Assembly: GCA_963666365.2 (NCBI GenBank)
Contig: CAXXNF010000002.1
Coordinates: 704,001-768,000, forward strand
DNA length: 64,000 nucleotides
Direction: 5' to 3'
Source of the DNA: Syntrophales bacterium
GTDB taxonomy: Bacteria; Desulfobacterota; Syntrophia; Syntrophales; UBA2210
A model generated the notes under the pieces. The model searched no databases. It was not told the origin of the DNA and saw only the letters and a program-made list of their open reading frames with translations. Below, one piece after another: positions 26,638 to 35,374 of this stretch; the first letter of the stretch is position 1, and each line of letters begins with the position of its first letter. The position numbers and the translations under genes were made by a program.

Positions 26638-29600
26638 TCAGTTCGGTTTTTTAATTCCCAATTTTTTCATCCTGAATGCCAATGTATTGGGATGTATGGC
26701 CAGCAATTCAGCGGCTCCCCCGGGTCCGTATATTTTCCCCCGTGTTTTTTCGAGTGCCCATTTAATATGGCGGCACTCGTTCTCTTTCAGGGTGACGGCG
26801 GAACGTTCATCCAGGGATGATATTTTATAATCCCTGTTTAAACAATAACGTACATTGACAGAGTCAGATGCGACATAGCGTTCAACAAAATTTTTAAGCT
26901 CTCTCACGTTGCCCGGCCAGGCATATTGAATAAGTTCCGTCATACCATCGGCTGAAATGCTTCGTGCCAGTTTTTCGGTTTTGAGGGCCTGAACATTTAA
27001 AAAATGGTTAATCAGCAGGGGGATGTCATCTCTGCGATCTCTCAGCGAGGGAATGAATATTGGGTATACATTAATTCTGTAGAATAAATCGGAGCGGAAC
27101 GCATTGCCTGCGATGCACTGTTCCAGATTTCTGTTTGTGGCGGTAATGAGCCGAAAATCCGATCGTATGGTTTCTTTTCCACCCACACGTTCAAATTCTT
27201 TTGTTTCGAGAACGCGAAGAAGCCGCACCTGCATGCCCAACGGGAGGTCGCCGATTTCATCCAAAAAGAGCGTACCTTCATGTGCCTTTTCGAAACGGCC
27301 TATGTGCCGCTGATCCGCACCGGTAAAGGATCCCTTCTCATGGCCGAAGAGTTCACTGTAAATCAATTCCTCTGAAAGGGCGCTGCAGTTAAGAGTGATA
27401 AAGGGTTTGTTCTTCCTGTGTGAGTGATTGACAATAGCCTTTGCAATTAATTCCTTGCCTACCCCCGTTTCACCTGAAATGAGGACAGTGGTATCGCTTT
27501 GTGCAATTTCTTCAACCTGCGACAGTACCTGCCTGATCTGGAGGCTTTTTCCGATGATGTTTTCAAAATGAGCCGGCGCATGCTGCTGACTTTGTTTTTC
27601 GTAGTGTGCTTTTATTTCTTTTATGTGGACCGACAATTCCTGGTGTTCCCTTTGCAGGACTTCATTATTAAGAAACAGTGCCGCATAGCTTGCCAGTGTT
27701 GAGAGCCTGTCCAATTGAGAAATGCTGAAGGCATTGCTCAATAGGCGATTATCATGATACAAGACCCCCATTATATTATTTTTTACAATAATGGGGACGC
27801 AGGCAGCGGATAGAATAGGCGTTCCATCGGGGTTTTCGAGGGTTTCCCCTATCCTCAAATCCTGTAACTTTCCCTCTCCGCAGGCCGCAACTTCTTCCAT
27901 TAACCTGAGAGAAGCAGCAAATTCCGGAAGATTAATCTGTTGATTCGTCAAATTTTTCGATGCCCGAAGGGTGAATAGTCTTGATTCGCTGGTTGGGTTA
28001 CATAAAAACAACCCTCCCCTTTCCGCCCCGGTTATCCGGTTAGCGCTTGAAATGATATGCTGAATTGCTTCCTTCGCAGTGCTCATCGAAGACAGATCTT
28101 TTATAATAGAAGCAAGTTTCTTCAATTGACCGTCATGCACAGTTGAGGTTTTGATAATAGGTTTTATGTCGTCCGGTATCAAGGATTCATTGAGTGAGGA
28201 GAGTATGCGGCTGATCGATTCGGCCGATTTTAGCGCCTGGCTTTGATTTCCTTTCTTCAGATAGGCCCTGGAAAGTTCAACCAGCGATTTTGCCAATTCA
28301 ATTGCGTGGCCTGAGATCTCTAGAAATTTAATTGACTGTTCTATTGTCGCAATGATTGCATCAGTGGATGCTCCCTCTTTTTTTGCGAGAAGGGCTTTGA
28401 ATCTGTAGGCGACGCCTTTCAGGAAGACATTTTCAGTGTTTACCATGTCTTCAATCTCTTTCCTGATCGAAATGTCCGGCAACGCGGGGAGGAGGCCCTC
28501 TTCGGCAGCCCAGCAAAGTTCCATGAGATAAGGCCACGGTCTTACCGACACATCTACCTGCCTGCTGAGCTTGCAGAATTGGCGAATATGGCGCAGGCAT
28601 CTATCATTTTCGCCTTTACGGTAAAAAGCGAATGCCAGCATCAACTCCCCCTGGATTGCAGTCCATTCCGGCTGTATTTTTCTTGCTTCCTTAACCGCGG
28701 GCACAAGATGCTGCAGTGCATCGTCGATATGCCCGATATCAAGCATAATCGCCCCTATGCATATACTTGAGTGGGCTGCAAGCCCGATGTCGCCTTTTTC
28801 CACACATTGTCGGCGGATAGAGTCAATCATTCCGATTCCCTGGGTGATTTGTCCCACTTGCCCGTAACATGTTCCAATGGTCATCGCGGCAAGCAGGGGA
28901 AATCTGCCGAGAGGAAATTTTTCCACATCGCTTAACGATTGTTCATAGTCATGCACCGCATCTTTGAACAATCCCTGCCAGTAGAGAAGAAATGTCTTGA
29001 AGTTGGATATGGAACGAATCGTTTTCTCGTCATCCAGTTCTTCAGCCACGGCACAGGCGTTTTCAAAATGGTTCAGGGCATTTTTATAGTGAGACTGCAG
29101 CCATCTGTTTTTTGATATATTCATATCGATCATTGCCTGATATTTGAGATCATTCAGATTTTTCGCTCTGAACATCGCATCATCCAAAATCGATAGTACT
29201 TTCTTTACGTCATGTCTCGCGGTGTTGAGCTTTCCGTATTCGATGGCTGCGTCACAGAAGATGCGATCGGCGTCTTCACCACATATGCCTGAAAGGTCGT
29301 CCAGTATTTTCACATAACACTTCAGCGCTTTTTCGATTCGGTATCCTGTCCTGTAATAATTCGCTGCTTTAATCAGCCACTTGTATTCATTAATATCGTT
29401 GATTTTATTTAAAAGATAGGGTGCGATTACCGCAGCTTTTGAAGAAGAATCCGGAAGCTCCCTTATGAGCATTTCAGCAATGAGCTGATGGTAGAGGACT
29501 TTCTCTTCCGCTCTCAAATTCATCTGAAACATGCGGAGTGTTTTTGTGTCGGGGAAAACGTATAATCCAATGCCTTCTCTTTGAAGGTAGCCCAGCGCTA

Positions 29601-29835
29601 TGGCCTTTTCGAAGGTGAGGAGAATTTGCGATGCCTTTTTTTTCGTGAGTTCCTGGACCCAGTCTATCGAAAAGGCGCCGTTAAAAAGCGAGGCTATCGT
29701 GAGAACGTGCCTGTCTTCATCAGTGACGTGGTCAAGGTTGATGCCGGTGTTGCCCATAATTACATGGTTCTGTTTCTCCCCGGGCAATGCGTCCCATGTC
29801 CAGGGAAAAATAAGACTGCACTCCTTTGAGTTCAC
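26638..29835 (-). CDS. sigma54-dependent enhancer-binding protein (TPR-like - GAF - AAA+ - HTH)
   Basis: GETGVGKE, GSFTGA, FLDEIG, WPGNVREL, C-terminal HTH; start uncertain. Confidence 0.93.
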   Translation of the reverse strand: MNSKECSLIFPWTWDALPGEKQNHVIMGNTGINLDHVTDEDRHVLTIASLFNGAFSIDWVQELTKKKASQILLTFEKAIALGYLQREGIGLYVFPDTKTLRMFQMNLRAEEKVLYHQLIAEMLIRELPDSSSKAAVIAPYLLNKINDINEYKWLIKAANYYRTGYRIEKALKCYVKILDDLSGICGEDADRIFCDAAIEYGKLNTARHDVKKVLSILDDAMFRAKNLNDLKYQAMIDMNISKNRWLQSHYKNALNHFENACAVAEELDDEKTIRSISNFKTFLLYWQGLFKDAVHDYEQSLSDVEKFPLGRFPLLAAMTIGTCYGQVGQITQGIGMIDSIRRQCVEKGDIGLAAHSSICIGAIMLDIGHIDDALQHLVPAVKEARKIQPEWTAIQGELMLAFAFYRKGENDRCLRHIRQFCKLSRQVDVSVRPWPYLMELCWAAEEGLLPALPDISIRKEIEDMVNTENVFLKGVAYRFKALLAKKEGASTDAIIATIEQSIKFLEISGHAIELAKSLVELSRAYLKKGNQSQALKSAESISRILSSLNESLIPDDIKPIIKTSTVHDGQLKKLASIIKDLSSMSTAKEAIQHIISSANRITGAERGGLFLCNPTSESRLFTLRASKNLTNQQINLPEFAASLRLMEEVAACGEGKLQDLRIGETLENPDGTPILSAACVPIIVKNNIMGVLYHDNRLLSNAFSISQLDRLSTLASYAALFLNNEVLQREHQELSVHIKEIKAHYEKQSQQHAPAHFENIIGKSLQIRQVLSQVEEIAQSDTTVLISGETGVGKELIAKAIVNHSHRKNKPFITLNCSALSEELIYSELFGHEKGSFTGADQRHIGRFEKAHEGTLFLDEIGDLPLGMQVRLLRVLETKEFERVGGKETIRSDFRLITATNRNLEQCIAGNAFRSDLFYRINVYPIFIPSLRDRRDDIPLLINHFLNVQALKTEKLARSISADGMTELIQYAWPGNVRELKNFVERYVASDSVNVRYCLNRDYKISSLDERSAVTLKENECRHIKWALEKTRGKIYGPGGAAELLAIHPNTLAFRMKKLGIKKPN

Positions 29836-29987
29836 GTGATTTCCTTTTTGTCAATAGTGGATGCCTGAATAATTGTCAATTTAAAACACCGGCTGCAGCA
29901 GCGAATAAAAGCATGCACTGCTTTTCGAAGGGCCTGACGATGCCTGCCATGAGCAGTCATGGCGCCGTAACGACATGCCGTTAATAT

Positions 29988-30003
29988 TCACAGTATATTG
30001 TGA
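29988..30003. promoter_or_regulatory. Palindrome, candidate upstream activator sequence
   Basis: TCACA-GTATAT-TGTGA about 75 nt upstream of the -24 element. Confidence 0.5.
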
Positions 30004-30076
30004 TTGCAGATGTGAGGACAGGCCGCTGTGAAGCCCTGTGTGGCGATATTGCAAGGTATTGTATGATAGGTCTCAG

Positions 30077-30092
30077 GGGCATGAATTTTGCT
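30077..30092 (+). promoter_or_regulatory. sigma54 -24/-12 promoter of the GRE operon
   Basis: GGGCATGAATTTTGCT = GG-N10-GC; divergent from the bEBP gene. Confidence 0.75.
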
Positions 30093-30148
30093 CATTGACA
30101 GCAGCGGGTGTCCGAATGCAACTAAAATTACCAGTGAGGAGTGAGAAG

Positions 30149-32557
30149 ATGGAACTGCAGACATTGAAACCGGAAACGCTGAGAAAGAAAGTCGTCAGCA
30201 GGGCAATACGCAATATAAAGCGTGGCAATGAAGACGATGATTCTAAAAGGGGGATGTTCCGACCGGAGATAAAACTGGATCTCCAGCGTTCCCGCCTGAT
30301 GACCCAGTCATACAAAGAGACCGAGGGGCAGCCCATGGTTTTGCGTCGAGCGAAAGCGTTGGCGAATGTTCTGAATCATATGGGCATATTTATCAGGGAT
30401 TATGAAAGAATTGTGGGGTATCAGACAGCGGACCCCAACGGTATTTTTCATCCCATTGACCAGAACTGGAAGTCACCGCTGAGGCTTGCCAACAGTGAAG
30501 CAGGAAAGACGCTGCTTGATGATGCAGGGCGAAAGGAATTGAATGAACTGTGTGAATATTGGAAAGGGAAATCGCAGAGCGATCGACATCAGGCGGCATT
30601 GCCTGAGGACCTGAAAAAATACTGGACCTATGAAGGCACGTTCCTCTGGTCTCAGTTGTCTGAACTTGGAATCCCCAACTATAAAAAGCTGTTCCGGCTG
30701 GGACTTAAAGGTCTGATAAAGGAAATTGCCGGGAGGATGGAGGCATTAGACCAGGAGATTCCTCCCGATTATGTTGAGCAGAAAAACTTTTTGCAGGCGG
30801 CGGTAATTTCCCTGGAAGCGGTGATAAATTTTGCCAGGCGCTACGCTGAACTGGCGAGACGCTCATCGGCAGAAGAAAAAAATACAGCCCGGAAAAAAAT
30901 CCTCAAGGAAATTGCCCGGACTTGCGCAAGGGTGCCGGAAAATCCGCCTCGTACATTCATCGAGGCCATACAGTTCTTCTATTTTATTCACCTGGTGCGG
31001 TACCTCGAATATTCAACGTTGGGTATCGGCGTACGAGTTGATCACCTGTTTGGCTCCTATTATGAAAAGGATTTGAAAGAGGGCACAATTACGGAGGAGG
31101 AGACGCTCGGCATTCTTCAGCTTCTCTGGATCAAGCTCAACGAATTGGGATTAGTATATTCCCCCACGGTAAGCTCTGTCTATGGAGGTGTTGCCTCATT
31201 GCAGGCAGTCACCATTGGAGGCACCGATGAAAACGGAAATGATGTGACGAACGATCTGACCTATATGGTGCTGGAGGCGGCAAAAACGCTGAAACTGATT
31301 GAGCCGAGCATTGCCCTGAGATTACATGAAGGTACACCGGCCGAGGTATACGAAAAGGCCGTCGAAGTGATTAAAACAGGCATCGGCTATCCGTCGCTTT
31401 TCAACGATGATGCGTTGATTCCCCTCTATGAACGCTGGGGCGTACCTGTTGAAGATGCAAAAAAGTATGCCGTTTCCGGGTGTGTCTATATAGAGATCCC
31501 TGGAAAAAATATTGTGCGCCGGTCGGTGGGGTATCCGGTGCTGGCGAAAATGCTCTGGTGGGCATTGCATCAGGGCGTGAACCCGAAAACGGGCGAGCAG
31601 CACGGCGCCCGGACGGCCGATCCGGCGACATTTACAAGCTGGAAAGATGTGCTGGATGCCTATTGCGAGCAGGTAAAATTCTTTTTCACCAAAATCGAAC
31701 ATTTGGAGCGGATTAATAATGAAATTTTAGCTGAATATAACCCACGTCCGTTCTATTCGGCTCTGCTGGATGGCTGCATTGAAAAGGGGAAAGACTGCAG
31801 AAAATGGGTCTATCCATCCATGATCCACCATTTCGCTCAGGTGATTGGTGGGGTTAATGTCGCCGATTCCATCACGGCCGTTCAAAAGGTGGTGTTTGAC
31901 GACAAACTGGTTAGCCTTCCGGAACTGATAAAAATTATGAATAAAAATTGGAAAGGCCGAGAAGATGTTCGTCAGGCCTGTCTGAACGCCCCCAAATTCG
32001 GCAATGATGACGATTATGCCGACCGGATAGCACGGGAAGTAATGGCCAGGGGCGAAGCCGCTGTCGAAGAAGTAAAAGACGGCTTCGGCTTGTCGCACCG
32101 GGGTGATGGAAGCGCCGTATCCGCAACCTACGGCCTTGCCATCGACACTCCGGCCACCCCGGACGGGCGCATGGACGGGGAGCCTTTCTCCGATTCAACG
32201 CTGGCGCCGGCGCCGGGGCGGGACAAAAGAGGACCGACGGCCGTTCTTAAATCGGTATCCAAGATCAGCACGGTTGACACTTACAACCATCTGTTGAATC
32301 AGAAGTTCCTTCCCAAGTTTCTGGAAGAAGATTTGAAGCCTGCCTTTCTCGGTTATCTCAAGACATGGAAGGAGCTTGGCGTCCCTCATATCCAGTTTAA
32401 CATTGTGGACAAGCAGACGTTGATGAATGCAAAGGCCCAGCCGGAGAAGTACAGCGATCTCATTGTACGGGTTGCCGGTTTCAGCGCCTATTTTGTCGAT
32501 TTGTCGGGAGGACTGCAGGATCATATTATTGCAAGAACAGAGCAGAGCTTGATCTAG
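30149..32557 (+). CDS. Glycyl-radical enzyme (PFL2-like), substrate unknown
   Basis: C-terminal VRVAGFSAYF Gly loop; SGCVY Cys loop; GAGGAG RBS before ATG 30149. Confidence 0.95.
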   Translation: MELQTLKPETLRKKVVSRAIRNIKRGNEDDDSKRGMFRPEIKLDLQRSRLMTQSYKETEGQPMVLRRAKALANVLNHMGIFIRDYERIVGYQTADPNGIFHPIDQNWKSPLRLANSEAGKTLLDDAGRKELNELCEYWKGKSQSDRHQAALPEDLKKYWTYEGTFLWSQLSELGIPNYKKLFRLGLKGLIKEIAGRMEALDQEIPPDYVEQKNFLQAAVISLEAVINFARRYAELARRSSAEEKNTARKKILKEIARTCARVPENPPRTFIEAIQFFYFIHLVRYLEYSTLGIGVRVDHLFGSYYEKDLKEGTITEEETLGILQLLWIKLNELGLVYSPTVSSVYGGVASLQAVTIGGTDENGNDVTNDLTYMVLEAAKTLKLIEPSIALRLHEGTPAEVYEKAVEVIKTGIGYPSLFNDDALIPLYERWGVPVEDAKKYAVSGCVYIEIPGKNIVRRSVGYPVLAKMLWWALHQGVNPKTGEQHGARTADPATFTSWKDVLDAYCEQVKFFFTKIEHLERINNEILAEYNPRPFYSALLDGCIEKGKDCRKWVYPSMIHHFAQVIGGVNVADSITAVQKVVFDDKLVSLPELIKIMNKNWKGREDVRQACLNAPKFGNDDDYADRIAREVMARGEAAVEEVKDGFGLSHRGDGSAVSATYGLAIDTPATPDGRMDGEPFSDSTLAPAPGRDKRGPTAVLKSVSKISTVDTYNHLLNQKFLPKFLEEDLKPAFLGYLKTWKELGVPHIQFNIVDKQTLMNAKAQPEKYSDLIVRVAGFSAYFVDLSGGLQDHIIARTEQSLI

Positions 32558-32561
32558 GCTG

Positions 32562-33464
32562 ATGGAAAAGGGTTTAATTTTCAACATCCAGAAATTCAGT
32601 GTTCACGATGGTCCCGGTATCCGAACGACGGTTTTCATGAAGGGTTGCCCACTGGATTGTCTGTGGTGCTCCAATCCTGAATCAAAATCCTTCACGCCTG
32701 TTCTTCTGGTAAGAGACATAAATTGCAGGGGTTGTGGGGCCTGCGTTGCGGCATGCCCGCGCCAGGCCATCACCATTACGAGAGAATCGGGCAGAAGGAT
32801 AGACTGGGACAAGTGCAATCAATGTGTCTGCTGCGTCAGTCATTGCCTCTATGGGTCATTGGTGCAATGCGGCACGTATATGACCGTACGGGAGGTGTTC
32901 GATCAGGTCATGCAGGACGAGATCTTTTACAAAAATTCCGGTGGAGGGGTCACGGTTTCCGGTGGAGAAGCCCTGTCACAGAGCGGTTTTGTATCTTCCC
33001 TGTTGGCTGAATGCAAGAAGGCCGGTCTGCACACCGTTCTCGATACCGCGGGATATGCACCTTGGAAGAATATGGCGGCCCTATTGAAATTTGTAGATTT
33101 AATCTTGTTTGATATCAAGCATCTCGATTCCGCCTTACACCGGCACTATATCGGTGTCGGGAATGAACTAATTATTAAAAACCTCAAAAAGGCGGCGGGG
33201 ATGAAAGAAATATGGCTGCGCATTCCGCTCATAAAAGGAGTTAACGATTCGATTGAACATATCACCAGAGTAGCCACGCTGGGCAGGGATATCGGTGCAC
33301 GGAAAATCTCTCTCCTGCCGTACCATGAAGGGGGACTTTCAAAATCGGAACAGTTGGGAATTGCCTATCGTTATTCAGAAGGTGAAGCGCCTGCCGATGA
33401 GTACGTGCTGGAACTCAAAGATCTCATCGAAGAAGTGGGGGTACGCGCGACAATCAACGTATAG
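32562..33464 (+). CDS. GRE-activating radical SAM enzyme with 2x[4Fe-4S] ferredoxin insert
   Basis: HDGPGIRT, GCPLDCLWCSNPE, CRGCGACVAAC and CNQCVCCVSHC, SGGE. Confidence 0.96.
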   Translation: MEKGLIFNIQKFSVHDGPGIRTTVFMKGCPLDCLWCSNPESKSFTPVLLVRDINCRGCGACVAACPRQAITITRESGRRIDWDKCNQCVCCVSHCLYGSLVQCGTYMTVREVFDQVMQDEIFYKNSGGGVTVSGGEALSQSGFVSSLLAECKKAGLHTVLDTAGYAPWKNMAALLKFVDLILFDIKHLDSALHRHYIGVGNELIIKNLKKAAGMKEIWLRIPLIKGVNDSIEHITRVATLGRDIGARKISLLPYHEGGLSKSEQLGIAYRYSEGEAPADEYVLELKDLIEEVGVRATINV

Positions 33465-33537
33465 GTATGCCAAAATATCGTTACTGTCATGGGAACTGAC
33501 GTGCAGTTTCCCGGGCAGCCTACAAAAAAAGAACAGA

Positions 33538-33620
33538 TTCTCGCGCAGAGACGCAGGAACGTTGAGGACAAAGGAAATGAAAACAATGTGGTTCTCTGCA
33601 TCCCGCGTCTTGCGGGAGAA
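33538..33620. repeat. Imperfect inverted repeat, REP/MITE-like
   Basis: TTCTCGCGCAGAGACGCAGGA ... TCCCGCGTCTTGCGGGAGAA. Confidence 0.55.
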
Positions 33621-33675
33621 AATGAATCAGTTGAGTAGAAATGCCAAAATCGCCTTCTCCCATGAAAGAAGTGGG

Positions 33676-35367
33676 TTATGGCGTGCTTCTTTTGAGTTCC
33701 TCTTCAAGAAGCACTCTTCTCAATACCTTGCCGGCGCCGCTCATGGGCAGGTCGTCTCTGAATTCTACAGTTTTGGGCACCTTGTAAGGCGAGATGCCCT
33801 GTTTTGCCCATGCTATTATTCCGTCGGCCGTGACGGTATCCTTGAACGGGGCTTTCGGTACGATAAAGGCCTTGATGACTTGCTGTCCGGCAGGCCGATG
33901 ACGGCAGCTCTGTCCACGGCTTCATGGCGGCAGAGAAAGAGTTCCACTTCTTCGGGGAATACACTGAACCCCGATGTATTTATCATTTCCTTCTCCCTGC
34001 CAAGAAAATAGAGGTAGCCTTCTTCATCGAATTTACCCATATCCCCTGTATAGACCCATCCGTCGATAAGCGAGTCGTTCGTTTCCTCCGGTTTGTTCCA
34101 GTAGCCTTTGAACACGGCAGGATGATTAAGCGCGATCTCGCCCATTTCTCCTACCAGAACTTCCCAGGTTCTGTCCTCGAACGATACCATTTTGATGCCG
34201 GCGCCGGGATTGGGAATGCCCTGCCAGCCTTGTCCGTACTTGTGCTTGTCAAGGAGGATGAAGGTAGCGAAGGTGTCGGTTTTGGAAGGACCGTAGGCGG
34301 TTTCCACCAGAATACATCCGCCGGTGTCATCCTTCCAACGCTTTGCAATTTTTTCGGTAATCTGAACCCCGAAGCTGGTGGTCAGGCAGAGCTTAAGGGT
34401 TGATATGTCATAATTCTTCCTGTCCGGATGATCCATTATGCCGATATTCATGGGAACAGTAGCCTGAAAATAGTTGATATTATAGCGTTCGAGTGCCTGC
34501 ATGGCAGCTACGGGATCGAACATGACCATGAGGACCTGTGTGCTTCCCAGTGCGATCTGCCTGTCCACGCTCGATAGCATGCCGGCAATATGAAAGGTCG
34601 GAAGAATCGAGAGGCAGGAGATCGAATACCCACGGTATCTGGCAAATTCAAAACCAGCCTTGATTATGGTTATCATGTTGGCTATTTTAAAAAGTTTCGC
34701 GCCGTGAGTGAGGATGGCGCCCTTGGGAAGACCGGTAGTACCGCCCGTATACTGAAACTGGACTATGTCGTCGAGATCAACGTCGATCTGCACGGGTTCC
34801 GCCGGGAACTGCGACATGATATCCATGAATTCGATGGGCCCCTCATGGGTCATTTAGGAAACTCCATCATGGGGATCAGATTCATGGTTGTTGTGTCCGG
34901 GAGAAAATCATGCATACTGGTGACAACAACCTTTCCCAGATTTCATTCCTTACCGGCGACCGCAGCAACGGGATACAGAAGATCGAGAGAGACAACCGCC
35001 TTTGCGCCTGAATCCTGGAGTTCATAGGCCAGTTCCCATTCTTTGAAGACAGGACTGCAGGGAACTATTACTCCGCCCATCTTGTTGATGCCGTAGTGGG
35101 CAATATGATACTGGGGCAACTGGGAAGAAAGAGTGCAATGCGATCAACTTTTTTCAATCCTGAATCGACAAGAAAACGGGCGAATCGTTCGGACATGTCG
35201 TTCAGTTCGCCGTAGGTGACCTTTCTGCCGTAAAAGATCAAAGCAGTCCTGTCAGGATACTCCTTTGCATTATCGCGTAAATATTCAAAAATGGGTTTTT
35301 TATCTTTTGTGTATAGAGTTTCCTTGGGAAGAAAGTCAGGCCAACTTTTCATCCATATCTTGTCCAT
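33676..35367 (-). pseudogene. Long-chain acyl-CoA ligase, multiply frameshifted
   Basis: Fragments in different frames: MDKIWMKSWP..., YTGGTTGLPKG, YTGD, GKVLRRVL. Confidence 0.88.
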
Positions 35368-35374
35368 ATGAGCC

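Noticed and set aside
30038..30148. N-terminal extension of the GRE in the ORF track
   Set aside because: It spans the sigma54 promoter; ATG 30149 has a GAGGAG RBS.
33295..34011. 238-aa + strand ORF
   Set aside because: Overlaps the activase end, a hairpin repeat and the antisense of the ligase pseudogene; no RBS or domain.
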